64,000 nt of DNA from positions 473,992-537,991 of the forward strand of contig NIVC01000105.1 in NCBI GenBank assembly GCA_002269645.1, in the 5' to 3' direction. How positions within the stretch are numbered: the first letter of the stretch is position 1; every line of letters begins with the position of its first letter. The notes under the pieces were generated by a model. The model ran no database searches, had not been told where the DNA came from, and was given only the letters and a program-made list of their open reading frames with translations. This document shows, in pieces, positions 1-10,832 of this stretch. Position numbers and translations under genes: made by a program. The DNA comes from Macrostomum lignano. Its lineage: Eukaryota.

Positions 1-310
1 GACCTGGAATTGGACAGAACAAGCAAAGGGACAATTTAGAACTATTATGTAAGCTTCAGCTCGCAAGGTGGAGTCCCTAATTATTCCCTTGATTGTTCTC
101 TCCTATCCCACCTCCAATTTTTGCTCGGCGCACTGGTAATTTTATCACAAGGCGTAATAAGCTTCGATTCCAAAATCCTTCATGCGTACGACAATCAACC
201 ACTCCTCGGATTATTCCATCATGGCACGCAGGCTTCTGTGCTTGAACTCATTCTCCTGGCTGACCTCAGATGCTGACTGTTTGAGGTCGCAGGTTAAGGC
301 CTTGCTGTAA

Positions 311-420
311 CTATACTAGGCTACATCAAAAATGAGCTAGAACAGCTCGCACAGGGTGAGCAGAGACATGCCCAGAGAGATGCCCATGATGCCGCCGACG
401 TCCGAGATGAATTCCTGCAC
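311..420 (-). pseudogene. DEG/ENaC (ASIC-like) channel 3' fragment covering TM2, with premature stops
   Basis: Minus strand reads VQEFISDVGGIMGISLGMSLLTLCELF*LIFDVA*, nearly identical to TM2 of the intact paralogs at 5362-7074 and 10833-12548; two in-frame TAG; homology is lost upstream of ~420. Confidence 0.85.
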
Positions 421-582
421 CAAAAGCTAGTTCACACATCCATTGCAGTAGGCCCAGACGACACAATGGGGTGTACCATGCTGTCACCTATCATTGGACG
501 ATAGTTATACATGTACGATTATGTGTGCTTTAATTAGTATTTCCGAGTAATCCAATTATAGTATTAATCAAAATTGGAGAAC

Positions 583-829
583 TGTTATGCCTTATGATCC
601 GTTAATGCAGCCAATACGTATGTGCTTAAACTGTGTCTATGTCCAAACTTTGTTAATCCTTCGAGTTGTAAGCGAGTATATCAATACCATCTTTCCGTGT
701 GTATGCCTTCTTCCAGTTCCAAAATACAAGCGCTCGATTTGGCTTGGCCGCAAGCACGACCATGCCCCTAAACTCTCATTGACTGACAACTAAATAACAT
801 TGTGCTCCACATAATTAGCCATCATGACA
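583..829 (+). repeat. 5' LTR (247 bp)
   Basis: tgttatgcc...catcatgaca, repeated at 4754-5000; the ORFs 587..793 and 4758..4964 translate identically. Confidence 0.97.
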
Positions 830-3800
830 ATGGCGTCGCAAGCAGGACCTGGCGTCGCAAGCAGGACCTGTCGCAAGCAGGATCTTGGCAACCTGGACCT
901 GAGCAACGCTGAGCGAGCACTGACATGGCTGAAAGCATTCAAGGCTCTGGCCCGCGCCAAGAAGTGGATGGATTCGGCGGAATCGAAAACCATCGCAGAC
1001 AACTTTGTGGCCTCCTGTGGACTAGCCAGCCTTGAGAAGATTACGCACCTGGTGGCTCCAACTGAAATTGAGAATTTATCGTTCCAAGAGCTGGAGACTG
1101 CGATCACTGCCTACCTGCAGCCCAAGAAGCGCCTGGTGGTGGCTGAACGGACGAAGTTCTTTGCCCTCCATCAGAGCAAAGACGAATCTATCGCAGATTT
1201 TCTTTCTTGCCTGAGGAAGGCGGCGGCCCATTGCGAGTTTGATAAACTGAAGGATTGCCAAAGCCCGGAGGAAGAAATGGTACGGCTGGCACTATTGGCG
1301 GGGATGTGCAACGTGGATCATCAACGGCGTGTGCTCGGCACGATGCAGGATACAGCTAAAGAGTTGTTAATCTCGGACATCGTCGATCACGTCCGGAACC
1401 TGGAGCAGGTCGCAAAATTCGTAGTGCGTAACGAGACATCCGGAATGCCACCGACTATAGAGAAAGTCGGCGGCGGTGGAGTCGAAGGAGTTGTGCATTT
1501 TGCCAAGGCCGGTCATCCACCGAACGCTGCGAACACTCAGGCTCGTAAAATCCTTGATTGCAAGTACTGTGGCAAATCTCACATCGCAGGCATGTGCCCT
1601 GCCTACGGAAAGACATGCACAAAATGTAACAAGCGCAACCATTTCGCCTCGGTGTGCCGCTCCAAAGTTTCATCGGGGAAAGGTGTTCATCATGCAGAGG
1701 CTACGATCAACGATTCGAACTCTGATTGCCCCGATCTTCTCCATCTCTCTGCTGCGGGCCAAGTACACGCTATTTCAGAGGCCTCCGAGACCATGCTACT
1801 CGATGGAGTCAAGATCCCTATGCAGGTGGACACTGGTGCCTCCGTCTCTGTGCTGTCATCGAAGATATGGGACGACCTGAATCAGCCGAAGCTGGAAAAG
1901 TGCAATCGGCGGCTAGAAGCGTATGATGGGCACAGCCTGAAGACGCTGGGAAAGCTTGTAGTGGTTGTCGAACTGCGTAAACGCCTGCACCCGGTAGAGC
2001 TTATGGTTGTTTCATCCTCAAAACCATTCGGCCTTTTGGGGAGAGACTTGCTAGACTCGGATGCCCTCTTCCACGCATCCGCCGTTCCGGAACCGCCTAA
2101 AGTGGAGCCCCTGCCAACAATCAAGGGTGTTAAAGCTCACATGGAGCTTGTTGAGGGGGCCAAGCCCCAGTTCTGCCGCGCTCGTCCTATCCCACTAGCC
2201 ATGGAGGAGCAGATCAATGCTGAGCTGGACAAGCTGCAGCAGCTGGGTGTTATCGAGCCTGTGGAAGGGCCGGTAAGTAATGCGTCTCCCGTGGTATGGG
2301 TCAAAAAGTCCGATGGTTCGCTCAGAATGTGTGCTGATTACAAGGTGCATGTAAATGCAAAGATTAAGTCCGAGTCTTATCCTATTCCTTCCACTGAGCA
2401 CCTTTTTGCAAAACTGAAAAATGCTAAGAAATTTGCCAAAGTGGATCTGCGATCAGCGTATTGGCAGATCGCTCTTGACGAGGATGCGCAAGAGCTTTCA
2501 ACAATAAACACCTCCCGCGGACTCTATCGCGTCAAGCGATTGCAAATGGGCATGAAGAATGCCTCGTTCATATTTCAAAGGGCAATGGAGAACATCCTGG
2601 CGGACTTAAAAGGCATCCTCATCTACCAAGATGACGTCCTTGTATTTGCTGAGAACGCTGACTCGCTTGGCAAGAGGCTGAGCGCAGTCAAGACCAGGCT
2701 GGTAGAAAAGAAAGTAAGCATCAATGAGAAAAAGTGTATCGATTTATGCGACGAGATCACCTTCCTCGGCTTCAAGATCTCGCCAGCCGGAATTTGGCCT
2801 GATGACAAGCTGGTGGAGAAGATTCGGCACGTTGCCCAACCGACATCCAGAAAGGAAATCGAGCAGTTTCTGGGTCTTGTCAACTTTTTTGGACGCTTGA
2901 TCCCGGAGTTCTCTTCCAAGGTTGCGCCTCTGAATCGGCTGCGAAAGCCAAACACTCCTTTTGTCTGGTCGGGTGACTGCACTCAGGCCTTCGAGAACTT
3001 GAAGAAGGAAATTTCAACGAGACCAGTGGTACAACCCTACAGCCTTGAGAAAGAGGTTACGTTGACAACAGATGCTTCCAAAGGGGCGCTGGCTGGTGTT
3101 CTGACACAAGAAGGGCACCCAGTTATCTTTATATCCAGGACACTTTCACAGGCGGAGGAGAATTATTCGAACATCGAGAGGGAGGCCCTTGCCATTTTTT
3201 GGGCTGTGTGCCGGCTAAAGCACTACCTTCAGGGCCGGAGGTTCACGATCCAGACAGACCACCAGCCACTGCTGCGGCTCTTCGGAGGTGCGATTCCTAC
3301 GAGCACTTCGGCAAGAATTAGCCGATGGGCTTTGTATTTGATGCAGTTTGACTTCACGATTAAATATGTTCCAGGAGCAAGAATCCCGCATGCCGATGCT
3401 CTATCGCGGCTCCCGTTCACCAATACAGAACCTGAGCCGAAGGCAACTTTCACTGAGAATAACTGTGTATCATTCGAGTCCCCTAAGCTAGACCCTCAGC
3501 GCATTGCATTCGAGCTATCCGCTGACTCTCTGGCCCAACGGGTACTCAGGCGGGTCCGGTCAGGCAACTGGAAAAACTGCTCAGAAGCCGAGCTGCCTTT
3601 CAAAAAGGTCTCCGAGTGCCTGACAATCGAGGATGGTATGTTGCATATGAAGAGGCGTGTCTTCATCCCGCCCCGTTTGCGATTAGAGGCATTCAATTCG
3701 GTCCACGATACTCACTCAGGGGTTTCCGCAACCTTTAATCTGCTGTCACTGACCTGCTGGTGGCCTGGCATGCACCAGGACGTTGAAAAGTTTGTACACC

Positions 3801-4639
3801 AATGTTCAGCCTGCGCAAAACTAAGACCGCGTCTAATGAAATCACGTGACACCTGGCCCCAAGCCTCGGGCCCATTCCAAAGGATTCACATCGACTGGGC
3901 CTTTGTGCCTGAAGCAGGAAACATTCTAATAGTTGTGGATGCTTTCTCCGGATGGATCGAGGCATTACCTACCAAGGACAGGTCTGCGAACAGTGTCGTG
4001 AAGTGCCTCCGAACCGTTTTTAGCCGATTTAAGGTTCCAGAGGTAGTTGTGTCCGACAACGGTACCGAATTCACATCCGAAACGCTGTTGAGCTGGCTGC
4101 AGGCCAACGGAGCGCGAAAATTAGAAACGCCACCTTACTCACCGCAATCGAACGGCGCGGCCGAGCGTGCCGTGCAGACAGTGAAGCGAGCCCTACGGGC
4201 ATGGACGCAGCGCCTCACGCATTGCGACTTCATTTCCTATTTACAGAAAGTGCTCCTGCACCATCGCAACTCCTCACTGTGGCGCGGAAAGCGACCGGCT
4301 GAGCTACTCTTCGGACGCCCTCTCCGGGTCCCGGTCGTGTCTGCGTTTCAGCAGGGTGACTTTGTGGTCTACAGGCCTAACGCTGACACTCCGCCCTCCA
4401 AGGCCGAGTTTCTAATGTCGCGCGGGCACAACACCTCCTGGCTGCTGGACGAAGACAAGCTGCGACTGGCCAGCAACAATCAACTCGCACCTTTTTCGGT
4501 GGCTGAGGAGGAGGAGGAGGGCGCTACCGGAGATCCTGAACAAGGTGAGCAGCAGCAGCCCGCGGAAGATCACCAGGAAGCTGCGGCGCTGCGAAGGAGC
4601 ACCCGCACCCGCCGCGTGCCCGACCGCTTCCTTCCCTGA
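824..4639 (+). CDS. Gag-Pol polyprotein, 1271 aa (zinc knuckles, protease, RT, RNase H, integrase)
   Basis: CKYCGKSH...CTKCNKRNHFASVC knuckles; VDTGAS protease; RMCADY and YQDD RT; TTDAS...TDHQPL RNase H; HDTH...CSAC then IHID...SDNG...SNGAAER integrase; order PR-RT-RH-IN indicates Gypsy. Confidence 0.97.
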   Translation: MTMASQAGPGVASRTCRKQDLGNLDLSNAERALTWLKAFKALARAKKWMDSAESKTIADNFVASCGLASLEKITHLVAPTEIENLSFQELETAITAYLQPKKRLVVAERTKFFALHQSKDESIADFLSCLRKAAAHCEFDKLKDCQSPEEEMVRLALLAGMCNVDHQRRVLGTMQDTAKELLISDIVDHVRNLEQVAKFVVRNETSGMPPTIEKVGGGGVEGVVHFAKAGHPPNAANTQARKILDCKYCGKSHIAGMCPAYGKTCTKCNKRNHFASVCRSKVSSGKGVHHAEATINDSNSDCPDLLHLSAAGQVHAISEASETMLLDGVKIPMQVDTGASVSVLSSKIWDDLNQPKLEKCNRRLEAYDGHSLKTLGKLVVVVELRKRLHPVELMVVSSSKPFGLLGRDLLDSDALFHASAVPEPPKVEPLPTIKGVKAHMELVEGAKPQFCRARPIPLAMEEQINAELDKLQQLGVIEPVEGPVSNASPVVWVKKSDGSLRMCADYKVHVNAKIKSESYPIPSTEHLFAKLKNAKKFAKVDLRSAYWQIALDEDAQELSTINTSRGLYRVKRLQMGMKNASFIFQRAMENILADLKGILIYQDDVLVFAENADSLGKRLSAVKTRLVEKKVSINEKKCIDLCDEITFLGFKISPAGIWPDDKLVEKIRHVAQPTSRKEIEQFLGLVNFFGRLIPEFSSKVAPLNRLRKPNTPFVWSGDCTQAFENLKKEISTRPVVQPYSLEKEVTLTTDASKGALAGVLTQEGHPVIFISRTLSQAEENYSNIEREALAIFWAVCRLKHYLQGRRFTIQTDHQPLLRLFGGAIPTSTSARISRWALYLMQFDFTIKYVPGARIPHADALSRLPFTNTEPEPKATFTENNCVSFESPKLDPQRIAFELSADSLAQRVLRRVRSGNWKNCSEAELPFKKVSECLTIEDGMLHMKRRVFIPPRLRLEAFNSVHDTHSGVSATFNLLSLTCWWPGMHQDVEKFVHQCSACAKLRPRLMKSRDTWPQASGPFQRIHIDWAFVPEAGNILIVVDAFSGWIEALPTKDRSANSVVKCLRTVFSRFKVPEVVVSDNGTEFTSETLLSWLQANGARKLETPPYSPQSNGAAERAVQTVKRALRAWTQRLTHCDFISYLQKVLLHHRNSSLWRGKRPAELLFGRPLRVPVVSAFQQGDFVVYRPNADTPPSKAEFLMSRGHNTSWLLDEDKLRLASNNQLAPFSVAEEEEEGATGDPEQGEQQQPAEDHQEAAALRRSTRTRRVPDRFLP
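831..882 (+). promoter_or_regulatory. Primer-binding site, repeated about 2.7 times, possibly tRNA-Ser
   Basis: tggcgtcgcaagcaggacc at 831-849 and 850-868, partial at 869-882; the reverse complement ...CCTGCTTGCGACGCCA resembles tRNA-Ser 3' ends (G discriminator). The tRNA identity is inferred. Confidence 0.75.
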
Positions 4640-4753
4640 TTTACTGATGCAAAGTTCATGATTGCTCTGAATTTTTATAAGCGCTTTTTGTAATTCCTGT
4701 TGCTCATAATGTTCTACGTTTTGAATTCAATCTCGTTCACCTAAGGGGGGACA

Positions 4754-5000
4754 TGTTATGCCTTATGATCCGTTAATGCAGCCAATACGTATGTGCTTAA
4801 ACTGTGTCTATGTCCAAACTTTGTTAATCCTTCGAGTTGTAAGCGAGTATATCAATACCATCTTTCCGTGTGTATGCCTTCTTCCAGTTCCAAAATACAA
4901 GCGCTCGATTTGGCTTGGCCGCAAGCACGACCATGCCCCTAAACTCTCATTGACTGACAACTAAATAACATTGTGCTCCACATAATTAGCCATCATGACA
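4754..5000 (+). repeat. 3' LTR (247 bp)
   Basis: Direct copy of 583-829, preceded by the PPT and followed by TSD agaac. Confidence 0.97.
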
Positions 5001-5361
5001 AGAACTTTATGAAAAAAATATCTGGATATTTGCAATATTTGACTCTTCAACCTAAAAAAAAAGAAAGGCACAAGCAAATTCGAGATAACTTCAAAGAAGT
5101 TAACTACAGCAGTAAATATTACGTACTGTTAACTTTTTTGATCTAGAGTAATTGCCATTCAAGAATTGACCATGCAGGTAGACTACTCTCATTAAGTTCT
5201 GCCTGATCAAGTAGCCTCAAATGATATGGTCACTCGAAAGTAAATCAACGGGATTACGCGCACGCAAGGTCCATTAAATACGAGCTAAGACGCGTGAAGT
5301 TGTTAACCTGTCGTTTGATATTTAAACGCTTAGCCAGAATCTCAACAGGAAAATGAACAAT

Positions 5362-7074
5362 TCAAGGCACGCTTGAGATGCTGCTGATGCTGAGGCTCTT
5401 AGTAGACTCTTTTGGCGGCAAGTGACTCTCTTCGCTGACTTTGAACTGCTGGATTGTAGAAACAGATGCCTGCTTGGAGCTTGACGCTCTTGCTTTCTTC
5501 CTGCCAAATAAGGCGATGTCGAAGATGAGCTCAAACAGCTCGCACAGGGTGAGCAGAGACATTCCCAGGTAGATGCCCATGATGCCGCCGACGTCCGAGA
5601 TGAAGTCCTGCAAACCGTAGTCGATCGAGAAGTTCATGCGATCGCACAGAACTCGATGCGGCTTGAAGTGCACTTTGAGCATGTTGCTGCGGATGTATGA
5701 TGACACGATCGACTCGTTTCCGTTCACGACGAGGTCGAGAGCCGGAACACTCAGATTCTTAGACTTGGCCTTCATCCAAACAGGCTTGATGGAGCTGCTG
5801 ACGAACGGCATCATTGAGCTCTGAGTGGGCCAGTCGGAACTGGAGATGGTCGCGCTGTACTGCAGAGTGGTGCAAGGTCGCTTAGCTTTACATGTCTCTT
5901 TCGATTTTACGTCGATCTGACTGGTGAGAGGTTCCAGAGATGGGTCGCTAAAAAATACCAAGAAGTTTGGATCACCTGTAAGGTTAAGTGCGAACTTCTT
6001 TCCACGCAGAGGCCACGGAAGAGGACCGGCATCGCTTGACAGATTGACGAGCTGCTGCATCTGTCGGTGGAACTCGTAGTAGAAGCAGTACGAGTAGCTG
6101 TACGAGTGCTTGTATGGAGTCTCGTCGTACGGGTTCACGAACTGAACGTCCGGCGGGTCGCTCAGACAGTCGAACTGACCAGCCTTGTACACCTGCTGCG
6201 TCATGTCGATCTCGACGGTGTGGGACTTTCCGGGTCCCAGCGAGAACGAGCTCACGAAATCGGACGGATACTCACCTGGAGGCGTGAGGAACACTTTCAC
6301 ACCTGCCTGTCTGTCGGGTCCGTTGTAGTCGGCGACATTGAGCGACCAGTCGGACACAGGAATGGGAGTTCGTCTTGCGTACACCATCTTGCGGATCGAG
6401 TGTCCGCTCGATGCGAGTCCTTGGAACGCCGAGTCCGTAACCAAGGTGACCACAATGCCGGATGATGAGCCGGTCTGTACGATCTTTTGTTGCCACGTGC
6501 TGTTCAGAGTCCACTTGAGACAGCGCAAGTACATCGGATGGTAGAAGGTCTGCGCTTTGATGGTCACATATTCGGCCAGTCCATAACCTGTTTTAAACTT
6601 GAAGTCACTCGTGATGATGCTCTGTTCGTTTCGGTGAGCCAGAGCATCAATCAACAGCTGATATGATATTGACTGAGGATAAGCACGGGATAGCCTCATT
6701 TCTTGGGGTGTAGTTTCTGTTAATCCGTTTATTTGCAATCCCCGCCGTAGGACGGTTTGAGAGCTATTGAGCTGATCGTTGATTGCAGCAGCCGATGCCT
6801 CATCAATAGTAGCAGAGTAGCTGCCAGAGATCGGGTTCTCGAAACAGGTGTACACATCCGGGAACTGGAAGTTGAGACTGTTTCCATCGAGTGAGCTGGT
6901 GACCTGCCGAGACTGCAGCTTGACAACGAATCGGTAGAAACCATAGAAGAAAAGCCCCGACATCAGCAGCATCATTGTAAACCAGAAAGCTCGCACAACC
7001 AGTGGTTTGCTGCTCACTACTCTGGGCAGTCCGTGCACTGATGTTGAAGCCATGGCTTCCTTAAATTGCTGCAT
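5362..7074 (-). CDS. DEG/ENaC/ASIC-family ion channel subunit, paralog 1 (570 aa, intronless)
   Basis: N-terminal TSVHGLPR (HG motif), TM1, FPDVYTC, and TM2 FISDVGGIMGIYLGMSLLTLCELFELI with a GxS filter. Confidence 0.93.
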   Translation of the reverse strand: MQQFKEAMASTSVHGLPRVVSSKPLVVRAFWFTMMLLMSGLFFYGFYRFVVKLQSRQVTSSLDGNSLNFQFPDVYTCFENPISGSYSATIDEASAAAINDQLNSSQTVLRRGLQINGLTETTPQEMRLSRAYPQSISYQLLIDALAHRNEQSIITSDFKFKTGYGLAEYVTIKAQTFYHPMYLRCLKWTLNSTWQQKIVQTGSSSGIVVTLVTDSAFQGLASSGHSIRKMVYARRTPIPVSDWSLNVADYNGPDRQAGVKVFLTPPGEYPSDFVSSFSLGPGKSHTVEIDMTQQVYKAGQFDCLSDPPDVQFVNPYDETPYKHSYSYSYCFYYEFHRQMQQLVNLSSDAGPLPWPLRGKKFALNLTGDPNFLVFFSDPSLEPLTSQIDVKSKETCKAKRPCTTLQYSATISSSDWPTQSSMMPFVSSSIKPVWMKAKSKNLSVPALDLVVNGNESIVSSYIRSNMLKVHFKPHRVLCDRMNFSIDYGLQDFISDVGGIMGIYLGMSLLTLCELFELIFDIALFGRKKARASSSKQASVSTIQQFKVSEESHLPPKESTKSLSISSISSVP

Positions 7075-8249
7075 CCTTGTTTCTTCGTGGTTTTGATTGT
7101 TTGATGCGAAGCATTCTCTCTTCCCGGGAGTAACTGCTATTTATGAACCGTTTTTACTCTGAGTCTTCTGTTCCTTTTTTGCCACTCCTCCTCCACTCAC
7201 ATGAAAATCAATACTTCCTGGAATTTGAGTTTCGCTTCAGCAAGTACTTCAATTTCTGCAGCTGTGGGAAAGCTCAGTATTCTGAATTAATTAAGCAGCG
7301 CACTGAGAGAAATTTCACTAATATTCTCAGGCTTATGAATCTGCCAACTCTAGCATATTATAGCGAGTCTCGGCTGTTAGGTCTTAGGCAATCAGCCGTG
7401 TGCTTGCATTCGTGCGCATAAAGATTTGCAACGGTAATATTTAATTTAGCAGTTGCAGAGAATTCTGCAAACCCTACAGCTGAGGGATGTTAGTTTTGGT
7501 TTATGTTTCTTTAGTGAGGCAATACTCTTGTAAAAATATTAGATGTGTGCTAGCTTTCGCCAAGACTGCTTTCCCAATAGTCTTGAGTAAATAACGAAGA
7601 CCATATTGAATTAACTATCCACCTGCAGCGCTGGCGGGTATGACGATGCAGTCGTTAAGGTGTCGTCTCTATTGCCACCTAGTCACTGGAGCCAAGATGA
7701 AGTTCTTATTCTGGCTCAGATGTTAGCGCTGCATGAGTACAGACACAGACGGTCTTTGAATCATTGAGCATCCGCTGTGTGGCTTGAGAAATCACCTGTG
7801 TGTTAAATCAAATCCGTTACTTTTCGATGGACGCGTTGCTTCATGAATGGACAGCCGCGAGGACTCATTGACTGCTGCGAGCATGTCACCAACGCGACAC
7901 CGGATAACATTCGTCTAAGTGACCTGGTGCATCCTGCAACGGCATCTGCGCTTGACGGTGCAGATTAAGCGTTCTGCAAGCTGGCTCGACAGGGACGCCA
8001 CCGCATGCATGCGCTCTGCGTTTTACCGGCTTCCTGCTAATGTGCCCTGGCGCTGTGACGCTGTTTCTTTATCCCCAGCGTACTGCCGGCTGCGTCTGTT
8101 TTTTAACTGAAACTGCTGTTTAGAGGCTTTTTGCCTTAATCTACCATGGATACATGTAAGGATGTCCGTGTCTACTAATAAAACATGCGTAACCTCTTGT
8201 ACTGAGAGTTGATTCTCTTGTACTTCGTACATAGATACTAATAATATGA

Positions 8250-10448
8250 TGTAACCACGCTCTGGTCGTGAGATCGTGAGGGAACTTTTTTGAAGCATGC
8301 CCGGTCTCTGTGCACCTACTGGGCAGAGCTGTCGAGACTGGGCCGGGTCCCTGACCAGGCTGACTGACTCCCGCTCTGCTGCGCCCCTGCTGTCTCTGTT
8401 CCGTCTCTCACTCAGCCACACTTGCCTTTCCGGAGCCCTACGTGCCCCTCGCCCGCCTCCCCACTTCTCATGCGCCCCTCCCTTTTCTCATGTACTTCTC
8501 ATGTTTTTCTCACATTTTCTCCTCCTGTTTCAGCATGTTTTTCTTGCGCTGTCCCCTTCTCATCCCGTGCTTACTTACAGTATTGCTTGTGCTCAACGTC
8601 GCCCCATTCCCTTTTAGAATCCCAAACGGTGACGCAAGGCTTCTGACCCCTCCTTAGCCCCGATGACTCAGCACCCCTCTTGCGCAACCTTTTCTCATGC
8701 TATTGTTCTCTTCTCAAGATTTCTCATGTGACACCCACCCCACCTCCGCTTCTATTGTTCTCGTTTTTGATTCTTTTGTTCTCGTCTTCGCACCCAATTA
8801 TCACATTTTCCCAGGTTTTCTCCTTCTATTGTTCTCTTTTTCGCACCCAATTAGCACCTTTTCTCCAATGTTTACTTTTCTATTGTTCTCGATTCTCCCC
8901 AATTATCCCCGATTTCCATTTCCTTTGTTTTCAACCTGAGTCCCATTGTTCTCAATGTTTGCTTGCGCAACACTTCTTCGACACCCCGCTGTGCCCCACC
9001 CCCACCCCTCCTCCGGATTGCGCAGTTTTCCCATTTCTCATGTTGCTATGCCGTTCTCATGCTTCTCATCATGGCTCATTCTGACGTCATTTTCCCGGCA
9101 GCCAATCAGAGAGAGGGAGTCATGGAAACGACCTTGGAGCGGCGGCCGTGAGGACTATTTAAGGAAGTGATTTTCGGCGTGAGAATCCTCAGAAGGCTTT
9201 ACCCATTTTTCTCGTCTCCGAAGTGGTCCTTCTTTGGACTTGCTGTCAGACATTGATCTGACCCTCACCATTCGTCTATAGGACGAACCTCTGCCGGCCC
9301 GCGGTCTGATACCGCCAAGTTCCCTTAGCTCCCCAAGCGAGCTCATCTGCCGGCCCGCGGTCTGACATCGCCCAGCATCCTCAGCACCGCCTGAGCTACA
9401 TCAGCGCCTCGTCGCTTCGGCGCATCGCCGCTTCGCTACCTGCCTATCCGCAGCCTACAGCCGCCCTCGGTCACTCTTTTGCTCTCTCTCTCTCTCTTTG
9501 CAGCCGCCGGTAAGTTCCTATTACTAATTTGTGCTCTAATTGCCTTTGCTTATCCGGGGTTTGCTTCTTTGCCATTGCTTGATTAGAGAGCTGAGCCAAT
9601 TGTGATACCGTATTATTTGCTGTATTTATTCAATATAGTGAAGCCGCCCAATTGCCTGTGTATTTCGCCTGCGGGCCTAATTATTAACCATTACTAAACC
9701 CATCATTTTTCACACCTTCATCATCATTTCATTCAAGGCTTGCTAGCCTTACTCCTTGGGTGGCAAAGCATAGGGAAGTTTTGGTAAGCTAATGGCCTCT
9801 CCCCGTGCAAAGCGCGCCTGTGTGTTCGTGCCGCGGGTCCGTATGTGCGTGCAGTAGAGGGAAGTACGAAGTAGTGGGTCATGGCACAGAATGGCAGCAG
9901 GAAGGTTGCAACACCCTGCTTACGTGTCCCTTCGCGCTGAGCAATCTAAACTATAGCTAGCACATGTTCAACTCATACTACTCTTAGTAATTGTAGCCGC
10001 AAGTCCACCTCAATCACAGCTACAAAAGACCTCCTGCTGAGAAATCCTCCAGAGTGATCCCAGAGTTCCTAATTGAGCCCAAAGCAGAGTCTGAAAAGTC
10101 GGCTGCATGCGTCTCTCCTGTTAGCCTAAATCCCCTGGTAACCAATCCAGGCGGGGCTCTAGCCTCGAAAGGTCTGGTCAAGATCCATCAGATGCGCCAG
10201 GTCATATAGAGTGGTCATACCATGGCCGAGTGACCAATTTACGCACCTTGGCTACAGGCGGAGTCCATGTGGGTCCTTGGCCCTCTGGTCACGAAAGCGC
10301 TACCAAAGCTATCAATCATTTGGGCGGGACAGTCTAGTGCTGGAGGTCCGTCAGGCTATGCCAGGTCATCGGCAGCCTACGGTCATAGCCCCCCTATGGT
10401 CAGTTGCTCTCCTCCCCGCTGAGCAGACGGTCATAAAGGACGGTTACA
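8250..10448. mobile_element. Possible solo LTR or non-autonomous insertion (~2.2 kb)
   Basis: Ends tgtaacc...ggttaca; the ends carry an overlapping atgat duplication (8246-8250, 10448-10452); the interior is non-coding with pyrimidine-rich repeated motifs. Only 7 bp of terminal symmetry. Confidence 0.4.
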
Positions 10449-10607
10449 TGATGGTTCAAACAACATTGTTGTGAAAAAAACATTGAGAAATTCGAAAAAA
10501 ACGGTACTCAAAGACAGCCATCAAAACGAATAGTTTATAACAGAAATAAATATTAAGTCCTGTAACTTTTTTGTCTTGCTTACGTGGCATTCGAGAAATG
10601 ACCATAT

Positions 10608-10658
10608 AGCTATACTACTCTCATCAATTAACCTCTAATTGATGAGAGTAGTATAGCT
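10608..10658. repeat. Perfect 23-bp-stem hairpin
   Basis: agctatactactctcatcaatta-acctc-taattgatgagagtagtatagct. Confidence 0.95.
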
Positions 10659-10832
10659 TAGCCTCGCTTAGTCTCTAAGCGAGAGATCACTCGAACGTAA
10701 CTTAACGGGATTACATTCTTGCATGCTAGATTTATTAAATAAGAATGACGTTTCTACTAGAAAACACGTTAGTTTGTTAAGCTGTCGTTGGATATTTCAG
10801 CGCTTAGTCAGAATCTCAACGGAAAATGGTAT

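Larger units (their letters stand above)
583..5000 (+). mobile_element. Full-length Ty3/Gypsy (Mag-like) LTR retrotransposon
   Basis: 247-bp LTRs (583-829 and 4754-5000) with TG...CA ends and no difference found by eye; 5-bp TSD agaac (578-582, 5001-5005); PBS from 831; PPT aaggggggaca at 4743-4753; single gag-pol ORF. Confidence 0.97.

Noticed and set aside
587-793. 68-aa ORF and its twin at 4758..4964
   Set aside because: Both lie within the LTRs; identity reflects LTR duplication, with no coding signature.
5636-6544. Plus-strand ORFs duplicated at 11104-12012
   Set aside because: Antisense shadows of the near-identical DEG/ENaC blocks.
7600-8250. GC-richer stretch upstream of paralog 1 that might be a decayed transposase
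   Set aside because: No recognisable motif found in the frames I translated.
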